Shown here: piece after piece, positions 40,861 to 50,796 of the stretch
Layout of the letters: every line of letters starts with the position of its first letter
Position numbering within the stretch: position 1 is the first letter of the stretch
Assembly (NCBI GenBank): GCA_039925325.1
Contig: JBDSZD010000095.1
Coordinates: forward strand, 1 to 53,892
From: Sphingomicrobium sp.
GTDB lineage: Bacteria; Pseudomonadota; Alphaproteobacteria; Sphingomonadales; Sphingomonadaceae
Direction of reading: 5' to 3'
DNA: 53,892 bases
Position numbers and translations under genes: made by a program
The notes under the pieces: generated by a model
Seen by the model: the letters and a program-made list of their open reading frames with translations, nothing else
Told to the model about the DNA's origin: nothing
Databases searched by the model: none

Positions 40861-41628
40861 TCAGGCCGGTCGTGCCCCCTTCAACCAATCGAAAGTCATT
40901 TTCAGGCGGCGGCGCCAGGCATGCTGGCCGTGCGAGAGTTGAGTAACGAGCAACCGATAGTCGACGAAGGCGGAACCTGGCTCATCCAGCGATCGATAGA
41001 TTTCCCAGAAGCGGTCGGCCCCTAGGGCAGGGATCATGTTGAAAATGCCGTGAAAGCCAAAGGTCGGCCCCGCACCCACCGACCGCTCGAAAGCGAAAAG
41101 ATCGGCAACGGCACCAGATGCGAAGCGGATATTGTGCCGCTGTTCCAGACTGCTCCGGTTCAGCCTGCCAATGGCAATATCCTCCGGATGCGACGGCTGA
41201 AAGGCGGAGTCTCGGCAAGCCTCCAGCAATTTCCGGCTACGGAGCGAAAACCCGCCGTTTCCGACATCGTGGCCGTCGTCAAACTGCGGCCAGCGCGCAC
41301 CGATATAATCGAATTCGAGGAAAGACGGGTCCCACTGGGCTGAATCTAGAACAAACCCGTCCCATTGCACGACTAAGCAGTGATCGGTGCGGACATGTTC
41401 GGCGAGATCCCGAAGAATTAATGCCGAATAGTCCGCCGCCGACCGCAAACGCGGAATGGGCACGACGCGAACTTGCGGAGGAACCGAGAGGTCCGGCTTA
41501 TCCGTGAAGAGCAGGCACTCGGCAAAGTCGATCTGGTCGAGGCATGCTTGAAGCGCGGCCAGCGTCGCGGGCAGATTGACCGATGCGGCCGCGCAGACCG
41601 TAACCCCTGGAAGCGAAAGCTTGTTCAC
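40861..41628 (-). CDS. DUF5672-family putative glycosyltransferase
   Basis: LVVQWDGFV, FDYIGARW, VGNGGFSLRSRKLL, PED, FAFE, FGFHG. GTG 41628. Confidence 0.82.
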   Translation of the reverse strand: MNKLSLPGVTVCAAASVNLPATLAALQACLDQIDFAECLLFTDKPDLSVPPQVRVVPIPRLRSAADYSALILRDLAEHVRTDHCLVVQWDGFVLDSAQWDPSFLEFDYIGARWPQFDDGHDVGNGGFSLRSRKLLEACRDSAFQPSHPEDIAIGRLNRSSLEQRHNIRFASGAVADLFAFERSVGAGPTFGFHGIFNMIPALGADRFWEIYRSLDEPGSAFVDYRLLVTQLSHGQHAWRRRLKMTFDWLKGARPA

Positions 41629-41633
41629 TATGA

Positions 41634-43412
41634 TCAGACCGCGATTAGAAACTGTTCGCAGAACGGGCTCAAATGGAGGTGATGGAAGGGATCGCGCTCC
41701 TGATCGGTACGCCATTTGCGCTTGAGCGCTGCCAGCTCCCCGGCAAAGCGCACCAGCTTGGCCCCTTGTCGATCGTGGCCCCTCGATTTGGACTCATGGT
41801 GGATCAGAGTCGCCCGGGGCTCGTAAAACGACTGCCAGCCCTTGGCATTGAGCTTCAGGCAGAGATCGACGTCGTTGAACGCCACCGTGAACTTCTCTTC
41901 ATCGAAGCCTTCGACGGCAAGGAATTTCTCTTTTGCAACCACGAGACATGCGGCAGTCACCGCGCTGACCTGCTGCGGCAGCCGAGCGCGATGGAAATAA
42001 CCTTCATCGTCTTCCCGCTGAAGGCGATGGGCATGCCCGGCTCCTCCTCCGATCCCCGTAACGACTCCCGCATGCTGAATGGAACCGTCCGGGTACAGCA
42101 GCCGCGCACCGACAGCGCCAACGTCCATTCGAACGGCTTGGCGCACAAGCAGCGATAGCCAGTCTGCATCCAGCATCTCGACGTCGTTGTTCAGGAAGCA
42201 GAGGTATTCGCCGCGAGCGTGGCCTACTGCCGCATTATTGAGCGCCGAAAAGTTGAAGGGGCCTGGAAGGCGCATCACCAGGATGCCTGCGCTTTCAAGC
42301 TTTTCCAAATAGGCCAAGGCTTCCGGATCGTCGCTGTCGTTGTCGATGACGATGCAATCGACCCGAGGATAGGCAGTCCGCGTGAGGCCAGCCAGGCAAT
42401 TGCGAAGGAGCCCAACTTCATTGCGCGTTGGAATAATGGTTGTGACTGACGGTGGTCGGTCGGGCAGCACCATTTGAGGCTTCGCGGGTACCCTCGGAGC
42501 AGGGCGATTGCACCGATGGTGCAGGACCAAGGACACATGCTTGGGCGGGTCGCCCGCCTTGATCCCATGGTCGACCAAGGCCGCTGCCCAATCCGCATCG
42601 GGTAGTTTCATCAGACCGTCGGAACTCGCGCGAACGATTGCCGCGCCGGTTACGAAGTCGTGGTTCTCGAAAAGATCGGGATTCCAGCTTGGCTTGAAGT
42701 GCGGCGCACAACGCGTGCCATCGGGTCGCATTAGATCGTCGTCGGCATAGATTATCCGCGTCCCGCCCGCCTGGGAAGCGGCCGTCGCATAATTGCGTAT
42801 TGCGCCCGGTGCGAACCGATCACCTGGTGACGATGGGCATAACCATGTCCGCTCGTCACGGATAAACGGTTCGAGCTCCTGTGGATGATCGACCCGGATG
42901 GTCCCCGGTCGAGTCGCGCCGCCGATCAAGACCGGGTCCAATTCGCCGCCCGCATTGGCCAGGGATGCCAAAGTTTCTTCAAGCCCGGAATCACCGCGGC
43001 GACAATCGATCACTGGCAGGATCGTAGCTCCGGCACTCGCCCCCTGGCGCGCATGCAGGGAACGCACGTTGGGCTCTTCGCGCGAAATCCATAGTTCGTA
43101 TGCATGCGGCGAACGCCCTGCGAGTGCGGCAAACCGGTTCCGGGAGCGAAGTCGCAGGCCTCGCGCGCGCCAAAATATCGCCTGCGTGTATCCGATTGGG
43201 TCAAGCCGAAACGCATCCGCGTGGATGAGGATCGTCAGCCGAATCTGCCGCGAGCGAGATCGAGTGATGGTGGACTCACGATTGCCGCTTTCGTCCCGCT
43301 GTGAAGCCGGACCAATGGGGGCATTTTCGGCAAACTGGCCGGGAAGCCGGTCTTGCTTTGAGCTAATGGATGCCACGCTCCGCCAATACACGTTCGATGG
43401 CGGGGACGTCAC
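41634..43412 (-). CDS. Glycosyltransferase family 2
   Basis: YADDD...PHFKPSWNPD, IIPTRN, FNFSALNN, FLNNDVE, VGARLLYPDGSIQHAG, AVTAAC, FNDVDLCL, HHESKSRG. Start uncertain (43412 or 43376). Confidence 0.9.
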   Translation of the reverse strand: MTSPPSNVYWRSVASISSKQDRLPGQFAENAPIGPASQRDESGNRESTITRSRSRQIRLTILIHADAFRLDPIGYTQAIFWRARGLRLRSRNRFAALAGRSPHAYELWISREEPNVRSLHARQGASAGATILPVIDCRRGDSGLEETLASLANAGGELDPVLIGGATRPGTIRVDHPQELEPFIRDERTWLCPSSPGDRFAPGAIRNYATAASQAGGTRIIYADDDLMRPDGTRCAPHFKPSWNPDLFENHDFVTGAAIVRASSDGLMKLPDADWAAALVDHGIKAGDPPKHVSLVLHHRCNRPAPRVPAKPQMVLPDRPPSVTTIIPTRNEVGLLRNCLAGLTRTAYPRVDCIVIDNDSDDPEALAYLEKLESAGILVMRLPGPFNFSALNNAAVGHARGEYLCFLNNDVEMLDADWLSLLVRQAVRMDVGAVGARLLYPDGSIQHAGVVTGIGGGAGHAHRLQREDDEGYFHRARLPQQVSAVTAACLVVAKEKFLAVEGFDEEKFTVAFNDVDLCLKLNAKGWQSFYEPRATLIHHESKSRGHDRQGAKLVRFAGELAALKRKWRTDQERDPFHHLHLSPFCEQFLIAV

Positions 43413-44172
43413 TGGGATTATTAAGTTCTATGGAGTCCCAGCCTAGAGCGTCTAGCTGAACCACCGAAACCGCAAGACCAAGGTCAAGAAAGCGGAGTTG
43501 CTCAAGTCCCTCGAGCAGTTCCAGTTCTGAAGCTGAAGCCGCCAGGTAACGCTTCAACGCTTCAGGACGATAAGCGTAGAGGCCCAGGTGGAGATGCACC
43601 GGAACATCGTCCCCCCCAGCTACCTCGTCCGGGAGATAAGGAATGATCCGCTTTGAAAAATAATGAGCTCTATAACTGCGGTTGAACACCGCTGTTGTTC
43701 CTCCGACCCGTCCCTCCGAAGCATCCGCAGCCAGATGACGGTAAACCGAGGGCGAACAGCGCACCGCTGGGGTCGCCATCGCCGCTTCCGGATCATTTTC
43801 CAGCCGTTCAACCAGCTTCTCGACAACAAAAGCAGGAGAAAGGGGTGCGTCGCCCTGAAAATTAACGATCACCTCAGGAACGCTCGGTAGTTTCGATACA
43901 GCTTCGGCGCAGCGTTCCGTCCCGTTCGCGCAATCGGAAGAGGTCATAATCACCTGACCGCCGAATAGCTCGACCTCGGCTGCAATCCTGTCATCGTCCG
44001 TGGCAACCCAGACGCCAGCGCAACCCGGAACGGACGATGCACATTCCCAGCTGCGTTGGATTAAGGATTTTTCGATGCCACTTGTGCCCCTAAGGGAAAC
44101 TAACGGCTTGCCGGGGAATCTCTTGGAAGCATAACGAGCCGGGATAATAATAGCGAAACTGGCTTTAGCCAT
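43363..44172 (-). CDS. kdsB: 3-deoxy-manno-octulosonate cytidylyltransferase (CMP-Kdo synthetase, KdsB/KpsU)
   Basis: IIPARYASKRFPGKPL, ATDD, NGTERCAE, NFQGDAP, HLGLYAY, LEQLRFL. Confidence 0.95.
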   Translation of the reverse strand: MAKASFAIIIPARYASKRFPGKPLVSLRGTSGIEKSLIQRSWECASSVPGCAGVWVATDDDRIAAEVELFGGQVIMTSSDCANGTERCAEAVSKLPSVPEVIVNFQGDAPLSPAFVVEKLVERLENDPEAAMATPAVRCSPSVYRHLAADASEGRVGGTTAVFNRSYRAHYFSKRIIPYLPDEVAGGDDVPVHLHLGLYAYRPEALKRYLAASASELELLEGLEQLRFLDLGLAVSVVQLDALGWDSIELNNPSDVPAIERVLAERGIH

Positions 44173-44176
44173 CGGG

Positions 44177-45181
44177 TCAGCCGAGACCGATGCGCAGGAA
44201 ATCGTGCATGTGGACGATGCCGACCGGCACAGCCGTATTCACGGGCGCTTTACGCTCCATTACGAACGCGCAGGTGATTTTGTTCTGGTTCAGGAAGTGC
44301 AGAGCCTCTTCTGCGATGACGTCGCTAAAGACTGTCTTTGGATCGTCGGTCATGACGTCGCCAGCAGTTGAACTGCCTAAATCGTCGAAATGACGCCGCA
44401 AATCGCCATCCGTGATGACCCCAACCAATCGGCCTGCCTTGTCGATCACGCCTGCGATCCCGAACCCCATGGAAGTGATGGTGATGATGACGTCGCGCAT
44501 CGGCGCGTCCCGATCGACCACCGGAAGTCGGTTCCGGCCATGCATGATCTCCGACACCGGAGTTAGCCGGAGGCCGATTGACCCAGCCGGATGGAGAGCC
44601 TTCATCCCGTCTCGTGAGAATCCCCGCATATCCATCAATGCCATCGCCAGCGCGTCTCCGAGCGCAAGCTGAAGCGTCGTCGACGTCGTCGGAGCTATGT
44701 TCGCTGGACATGCTTCGCGTGTCTGGGGGAGGCACAGCTTGATGTCCGCGCTTTCAATGACCAGGGAGTCGGGACGTGAGGCTATGCCGATGATCTTAAC
44801 ACGGATGCTAGCTGCGTAGCGGAGGAACGCGCGCAACTCGGTGGTATTCCCGGAGTTGGAAATGACGACCAGCAAGTCACCCGGAACAAGCATGCCGAGA
44901 TCGCCGTGGGCGGCCTCAGCCGGATGCACATAAATTGCGGGAGTGCCGGTTGCCGCAAGGGTCGCCGCCCACTTACGGCCGATGTGCCCAGACTTGCCCA
45001 TTCCCGTCACCACGACCCGTCCACGGGCCGCGTAAATCGCTTGGCAACATTCAATAAAGGAATGATCGAGTGTCTCGGCAAGGAGGTGCAGCGCGTCAGC
45101 CTCCATCTTGATCACTTCCGTCCCGCGACGCAGAATCGCGTCAGCAGATGGAACGGCGTGGAGCGTTGATTCTACAGTCAT
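44177..45181 (-). CDS. kpsF: Arabinose-5-phosphate isomerase KpsF/GutQ (SIS + 2 CBS)
   Basis: GMGKSGHIG, HPAEAAHGDLG, SNSGNT, APTTST, HPAGSIG, ITDGDLRR. Confidence 0.95.
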   Translation of the reverse strand: MTVESTLHAVPSADAILRRGTEVIKMEADALHLLAETLDHSFIECCQAIYAARGRVVVTGMGKSGHIGRKWAATLAATGTPAIYVHPAEAAHGDLGMLVPGDLLVVISNSGNTTELRAFLRYAASIRVKIIGIASRPDSLVIESADIKLCLPQTREACPANIAPTTSTTLQLALGDALAMALMDMRGFSRDGMKALHPAGSIGLRLTPVSEIMHGRNRLPVVDRDAPMRDVIITITSMGFGIAGVIDKAGRLVGVITDGDLRRHFDDLGSSTAGDVMTDDPKTVFSDVIAEEALHFLNQNKITCAFVMERKAPVNTAVPVGIVHMHDFLRIGLG

Positions 45182-45530
45182 TGAACACCTTGAAGTTGTT
45201 GGAGCACGGATAATTTACGGTCACCTCGGCTCTGCTTCAGCACAGGTCCGAGTCAGAGCCCGATTGCGGCACTGTATCAATGGCCGAACGGAGCAATCAG
45301 TCGAATTCAACAAGTCTGTTGCACCTCAGCACCATCCACTTCCGGGCATCCGATAACTACTGCAACGGGAAGCTTCGCTGGGGCAACGTCTGGATAACGC
45401 GCTTCTGGTGCAACGTATCCGCGACCATTCCCCGCAGTGGCAAGGGTTGCTCGCTGACCGTCGTTGTGTACTAGGCACTTGGCGAAAATCAGGCAGCCTG
45501 CACAATACGGATTGTATCGATTAGGACACG

Positions 45531-46580
45531 ATGGGACAGCCTCAAATTACGCCGGTCATCCTCTGCGGAGGGAGCGGCACACGATTATGGCCGCGGAGCC
45601 GCCCATCCAGGCCGAAGCCCTTCGTGCCGTTGGTCGGCGACGGTACATTGTTCGAACAGACCTTGCGCCGATGCACCGGAGAGCCATTCGCGCCTCCCGT
45701 TGTGATAACGCTTGAGCGGCACCTCGCATACGTTCAGGAGACCCTTGCTGGCTTTCCCGGCTCGCAACTCATCGTCGAGCCGCAGGGGAAGAACACTGCG
45801 GCCGCAATTGCGTTGGCGGCCATGCGCCTGCCTTCGGATTGCACCATGCTCGTCACCCCGAGCGATCATTATATCAGCGATGAGCGGCCATTTGTGGAGT
45901 CGGTGTTGACTGCTGCGCGTCTAGCGAGAAAAGGCTGGCTGGTAGCCATCGCTGTCGCCGCGAAATCTCCGAATACCGGGTTCGGTTATCTCCGCCGTGG
46001 AGCACCGCTCGGTCCCTCAGTATTTCGCATCCGCAAGTTCGTTGAGAAGCCCGATGCAGAAACGGCCCGCACCTTCGTGGCGTCAGGCGACTATTCCTGG
46101 AACGCCGGGATATTCGCCTTCACTCCTCAACTTTACCTTCAGGAACTCGCTACCCACCGTTCCACGATCGCCGAATTCACAAGACTGGCGACACTCGGTG
46201 GTCGGATCAACGGCAATCATTTTCACCCCGATCCTGCCGCTTTCAGCCAAGTTCCGTCCGAATCTGTGGATTGCGCCGTAATGGAGAACACTCGCCTGGG
46301 CGCGATGGTGATCGCCGAAATGGACTGGTCCGACATCGGCACCTGGCAATCCCTGCACGCCGTTCGTAAAAAGGACTCCTGCGGTAACAGCGTGCGCGGT
46401 CCGGCCGAATTGATCGGGTGCAGAAACGTCTTGGTAGATAGCGACGGTCCTCGCGTGAGTATCTTTGGCTTGGAGGACCTGATTGTGGTGGTCGACGGGA
46501 ACGATATCGTGGTAGCAAGCAGCGAGGGTGCTGCGAGGGTGAGCAAATTCGCGTCTAGCGATGGCTGGCGGGAAGGCTGA
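45531..46580 (+). CDS. manC: Mannose-1-phosphate guanylyltransferase (no PMI cupin domain)
   Basis: PVILCGGSGTRLWPRSR..PKPF, EPQGKNTA, PSDH, FVEKP, WNAGIF, WSDIGTW. Confidence 0.9.
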   Translation: MGQPQITPVILCGGSGTRLWPRSRPSRPKPFVPLVGDGTLFEQTLRRCTGEPFAPPVVITLERHLAYVQETLAGFPGSQLIVEPQGKNTAAAIALAAMRLPSDCTMLVTPSDHYISDERPFVESVLTAARLARKGWLVAIAVAAKSPNTGFGYLRRGAPLGPSVFRIRKFVEKPDAETARTFVASGDYSWNAGIFAFTPQLYLQELATHRSTIAEFTRLATLGGRINGNHFHPDPAAFSQVPSESVDCAVMENTRLGAMVIAEMDWSDIGTWQSLHAVRKKDSCGNSVRGPAELIGCRNVLVDSDGPRVSIFGLEDLIVVVDGNDIVVASSEGAARVSKFASSDGWREG

Positions 46581-46629
46581 CATGGAATAACAACCGGCAG
46601 AAAAGATAATCTGGATCTTGCCTTCCATC

Positions 46630-46649
46630 ATGTTGCGTTTACGCAACAT
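46630..46649. promoter_or_regulatory. Palindrome ATGTTGCGT-TT-ACGCAACAT upstream of the OMP gene; candidate transcription-factor site
   Basis: Perfect 9-bp arms read directly. Intergenic, with no U-tract and too short a loop for a terminator. Confidence 0.5.
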
Positions 46650-46911
46650 TTGTTGGGAAATGAAGCCGATATGGGGAACCAGACTTGACGAAGAGGCGTC
46701 TCACCTGTTGCCACGTTTAAGAAATTCGCACTGTTTGGGCGGATTTGACGCAACTGATTGAGCGGTTTTGAGTTAGAGGTGCAACTGAGACATCGGTGAC
46801 GGTGCAACTTCGAAGGTCACGAGCAGGGACCTGACACGGTCCGGATTAAGGTTTTTGGCTTGAGCGCCGAACATCGGCGGGCAGACATTATTAAGAAAGG
46901 GGAATACGCAC

Positions 46912-47664
46912 ATGACTTTACTTAGACTGGGGGCTCTTACGGCCCTCGCGCTGGTGACAAGCCAGCAAGCCAGCGCACAGACTTTCCGCGACGTTCATGC
47001 GGACGTCAACGTCGGACTCGACCGCTTCTACTCGGAAGGCAACAACGACAATCACGTCGGCTGGGGTGGCGAGGTCGGTGCTGACTTCGATCTCGGCGGC
47101 TTTGTGGTCGGCCCGTATGGCAGCTTCTGGAATGCCCGTGGTGAAAATATCACACGCGACGGTCCTGGCGTTGCGTATCGCAAATCTTTTGAAGCTTGGA
47201 GCGTCGGCCTCCGTGCCGGTGCCCTGATCAGCCCGGACACGTTGGTGTACGGCAAGCTCGGTTGGACCATCAACGAGCAGCGTAAATACTTCAATCACGA
47301 TCCGATTGGCACAAACACCGGCGCTGGCGACTATTACAACCATTACCGCACCCGCGGTTGGGAAGCCGGCTTGGGGGTTCAGCAGAACCTGAGCGACATG
47401 TTCTACGTAAAGGCCGAAGGTCGTTACGCGAACTATCGCACCAACTCGTCGCGTTTGACGGGTCTGATCGGTCTCGGTGTCCGGTTCGCGCCGGCAGCTG
47501 CGGAAGTGATCTTGCCGCCGCCGCCTCCGCCCCCGCCGCCGCCGCCGCCGCCGCCTCCGGCGACGCAGACCTGCCCCGACGGTTCGGTGATCCTGGCAAC
47601 TGATGCGTGCCCGGTTCCGCCGCCACCGCCGCCGCCGCCGCCGCCCGAACCAGAGCGCGGTTAA
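46912..47664 (+). CDS. Outer-membrane beta-barrel protein with Pro-rich C-terminal tail
   Basis: Signal peptide (ASA-Q); alternating beta strands ending GLGVRF; tail P15-ATQTCPDGSVILATDAC-PV-P10-EPERG; RBS AAAGGGG. Confidence 0.88.
   Translation: MTLLRLGALTALALVTSQQASAQTFRDVHADVNVGLDRFYSEGNNDNHVGWGGEVGADFDLGGFVVGPYGSFWNARGENITRDGPGVAYRKSFEAWSVGLRAGALISPDTLVYGKLGWTINEQRKYFNHDPIGTNTGAGDYYNHYRTRGWEAGLGVQQNLSDMFYVKAEGRYANYRTNSSRLTGLIGLGVRFAPAAAEVILPPPPPPPPPPPPPPPATQTCPDGSVILATDACPVPPPPPPPPPPEPERG
47515..47646 (+). repeat. Two (CCG)n-rich polyproline tracts
   Basis: 47515-47559 (15 Pro) and 47617-47646 (10 Pro). Confidence 0.9.
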
Positions 47665-47687
47665 GCGAAAGCATTAGCCTGAAAGAG

Positions 47688-47717
47688 AGGGGTGGACTTC
47701 GGTCCGCCCCTTTTTTT
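47688..47717 (+). terminator. Rho-independent terminator of the OMP gene
   Basis: AGGGGTGGAC-TTCG-GTCCGCCCCT followed by a T run (C-UUCG-G tetraloop). Confidence 0.9.
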
Positions 47718-47765
47718 GCGCGGTATCCGCAGATCGGGGCTAGGCCGGTGCCGCCGACCTCCGGC

Positions 47766-48413
47766 TCAGCGCGACGGAATAAGCCGGAGCACGCCTCCGC
47801 CCGAGGGGGCAAGCTTCAGCTGAAGCGTGTCGCCGGCGGCTACCGGAACCGTCGAACGAAGCACTTCCATCGACGAGCTTCCGTCCTGCCAGCTGTTCGC
47901 CGTCCACTTGCCTGATCCGAGAAACGTCAATGGGATCGCGACACTCCGTCCCTGCTCGTTGGTCATCGCGCCGACATACCAGTCACGGCCCTTGCGGCGC
48001 GCGATCGCCACATGCTCTCCCAATGCGCCGGAGATTGACCGCGTTTCATCCCAGGCCGACGGGACCGACTGGACGAAATCAAATCCACTTTGGACACGAT
48101 AATTGTCGGGGCTATCCCGAACGGACGAAGCTTTTCCAATGAGCGGGTAGCTGTCGGCTCCGGAACGGCTGCTGCTACCCTGCACCGCCATGCCGGAAGA
48201 CAGCGTCTGGTAGCGTTCGAACGCGAGTCCAAATGGCGACGGCGCGATCACGTCCCGGCCGCGAAAGCTCAAAGCGTAGGTCGGCCGGTTCTGTGCATCG
48301 ATCGCCACCCGCGCGGACACCCTCCCGTCTGGCGACGCGACAATCAAAGGTTGCCCAAGCGCAGGCGCTGCGGGGCAAGGCAATGCGGTCGAAGTCAGTA
48401 TGTGGCGCAGCAT
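47766..48413 (-). pseudogene. Glycoside hydrolase family 97 with the catalytic domain deleted in frame
   Basis: GH97 N-terminal part (VASPDG...VIAPSPFGL...GKASSVRD) is fused directly to the C-terminal part (SPDNY...VPSAWDET...ARRKGRDWYVGAMTNE...LAPSGG). Only 215 aa. Confidence 0.85.
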
Positions 48414-48510
48414 GTCGTCCTCCCCCGTGGCGACTTGTCGAATGACGAACAGTCAGACTATCGCTGCCGCGCCCGGAGCCGCCGCGCACCGCAGTTATGA
48501 GGGCAAGACG

Positions 48511-50595
48511 ATGCGACTGACTGGGTTTCTGACCTACTTCCTATTGCTCGCAGCATGCTTGGCGGCGGGCCCCGGCCCGGCCCGCGCGGCGTCATCCTCG
48601 CGCCAGGTTATGGCCCTCACCGACGGCTGGCGCTTCATCAAGGAGGACATCGCCGGAGCGGAAAAGGCCGATTTCGACGACAGTGAATGGACCAAGGTCA
48701 CCCTGCCTCACAGCTTCAACGGGTCTGAAAGCGACGAAGGCAGCTACTACCGCGGGCCGACATGGTATCGACGTGCAATCCTCATTTCGGCCGCAAAGCC
48801 GGGACGTCGCCTGGCGATCCAATTCGATGCCGCGGCCACGGCAGCCGATGTGTTTCTGAACGGGAAGAAGGTTGGACGGCACGAGGGCGGCCACGCGGCT
48901 TTCCGCTTCGATATCACCGACGCAATCGTCCCCGGCCGCAATCTGCTCGCGGTGCGCGTGAACAATAGTCCGACCAAGGTGATCACGCCGCTGGGCGGCG
49001 ATTTCACGATCTTCGGCGGCCTCTATCGGCCAGTCTCTCTGATCGAGACCGACGCCGTGCACATCGATCTCTACAACCATGCGGGACCCGGAGTGTATGC
49101 CCGCGCCAGTGAGATCGGTCCGGCCAATGCAAAGCTGGCGATCGACGTTCGCGTGGCGAACGACCTCGCAAAGGCCACCCGCGCCAATGTGCTGAGCCGG
49201 GTCATCGACTCCTCGGGTCGCGAGGTGGCGCGCGCGAGCCGGTCGCTTGCAATCCCGCCGCGTACCGTGCGATCCGTGACCCTTCAGACCCGCGTCGCTT
49301 CTCCGCGATTGTGGGACGGCGTTCGCGATCCCTATCTCTACCGGGTGGTAACCCAGATCGGGGACGGCGGCGATGAAGTGACGGTTCCCCTGGGGATCCG
49401 GACGTTCCGTGTCGATCCGCAGCAAGGTTTCATCCTCAACGGGAAATCCTATCCGCTTCGGGGTGCCAACCTCCACCATCCCTCCCGTCCAGGCATCGGT
49501 AATGCCGTGTCGAACGACCAGATTGCCGAAGACTTCGCAATCTTGAGAGAAATGGGCTCGACGGGTCTTCGCCTCGCTCATTTTCAGCATCCGACGAAGT
49601 CGTATGAGGAAGCCGACCGCCTCGGGCTCGGGCTATGGACCGAGATCGGCATCAACAGCGAAGTGCAGGACACAGCGGAATTCAGGGCCAACGCCGCGCA
49701 GCAATTGCGCGAGCTGATCGCCCAAACCTTCAACCATCCCTCGATCATGATGTGGGGCATTGGCAATGAAGTCTATTCCGAAGACCCGCTGGTGACCCGC
49801 GTTCTGCAAAGCCTGCAGGCCGTCGCGAAGGAAGCGGATCCGAGCCGCCCGACGGTTTACGCCCATTGCTGCCAAGCCGACGACCATCCCAAAGCGATGG
49901 TCAGCGACATCATCGGCTTCAACCGCTATTTCGGCTGGTATCCCGATAAGCAGGGGCGAACGATGGACAGCTGGGCGAAGGCCACGCACCAGCTCTTGCC
50001 CAACCGCTCGATCGGGGTCAGCGAATATGGCGCCGGCGGCAGCATCATCCACCAGGCCGATCCGCCCGGACCCGTCGTGACCACCGCCCCGTGGCATCCG
50101 GAGCAATATCAGACCGAATATCATGAGCGAAACTGGCGCGAGCTGCGCGACAAGCCGTACATCTTCGCGAACTTCATCTGGGTCGCGTTCGATTTCGCGT
50201 CAGCGGGCCGGCACGAAGGCGACCGGCGCGGGATCAACGACAAGGGGTTGGTCACTTACGATCGCAAGACGCCGAAAGATTCTTATTATTGGTACCAGGC
50301 GAACTGGTCCGACAAGCCGATGCTGCACATTACCAGCCGCCGATTCATTCAGCGCCCGCAGGCCGATGTGGAGGTCAAAGCCTATAGCAACGCCGGCCCT
50401 GCCACTTTGCTTCTGAACGGCGAGCCGGTGTCGACCATCGCTCCTCAGGAGCGCATCTTGCGCTGGAACATCCGTCTGCGGCCCGGCCCCAACCGCATCG
50501 AAGTCCGCAGCGCATCGGGCACACCCGCGCTGTCCGACGTCGTTTACTGGTCCTATGCGCAGCTCCCTTCGATGGTAAGCATCGAAAAACATTAG
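48511..50595 (+). CDS. Glycoside hydrolase family 2 (beta-galactosidase/glucuronidase-like), secreted
   Basis: Signal peptide from ATG 48511; FGGLYRPV, GIRTF, RLAH, NHPSIMMWGIGNE (acid/base), VSEYGAG (nucleophile), NDKGLVTYDRK. Confidence 0.92.
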   Translation: MRLTGFLTYFLLLAACLAAGPGPARAASSSRQVMALTDGWRFIKEDIAGAEKADFDDSEWTKVTLPHSFNGSESDEGSYYRGPTWYRRAILISAAKPGRRLAIQFDAAATAADVFLNGKKVGRHEGGHAAFRFDITDAIVPGRNLLAVRVNNSPTKVITPLGGDFTIFGGLYRPVSLIETDAVHIDLYNHAGPGVYARASEIGPANAKLAIDVRVANDLAKATRANVLSRVIDSSGREVARASRSLAIPPRTVRSVTLQTRVASPRLWDGVRDPYLYRVVTQIGDGGDEVTVPLGIRTFRVDPQQGFILNGKSYPLRGANLHHPSRPGIGNAVSNDQIAEDFAILREMGSTGLRLAHFQHPTKSYEEADRLGLGLWTEIGINSEVQDTAEFRANAAQQLRELIAQTFNHPSIMMWGIGNEVYSEDPLVTRVLQSLQAVAKEADPSRPTVYAHCCQADDHPKAMVSDIIGFNRYFGWYPDKQGRTMDSWAKATHQLLPNRSIGVSEYGAGGSIIHQADPPGPVVTTAPWHPEQYQTEYHERNWRELRDKPYIFANFIWVAFDFASAGRHEGDRRGINDKGLVTYDRKTPKDSYYWYQANWSDKPMLHITSRRFIQRPQADVEVKAYSNAGPATLLLNGEPVSTIAPQERILRWNIRLRPGPNRIEVRSASGTPALSDVVYWSYAQLPSMVSIEKH

Positions 50596-50796
50596 CGTTC
50601 ATCCGCGCAGCGGTTCCCCACCAGCTTAAAAAATGATAGGCCGGAAAATGGTTAATGGCCGTGACGCCGCCTCCGGGGGAGGAGAGTCTCGTTACAAGGG
50701 CCGGGCGGCGGTTACGAAGAAGTAAGAATTAACTTGGTAAACGCGTCGGCAAGGAATGGCCCGAGCACGCATCCGGTGTGACCGCGCAATGGGGGA

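Noticed and set aside
32474-45181. Absence of kdsC and manB from the locus
   Set aside because: These are often encoded elsewhere or replaced by other enzymes; not informative from one window.
45531-46580. manC as a truncated pseudogene
   Set aside because: Monofunctional ~350-aa GMP transferases lacking the PMI domain are common and the frame is intact.
47515-47646. CCG runs as a CRISPR or contingency repeat
   Set aside because: In-frame polyproline codons interrupted by synonymous variants; no spacers or cas genes.
50648-50655. TTAACCAT (minus strand), CtrA-like 8-mer upstream of rfbF
   Set aside because: Single short match with no TTAA-N7-TTAA partner; cannot be told from chance.
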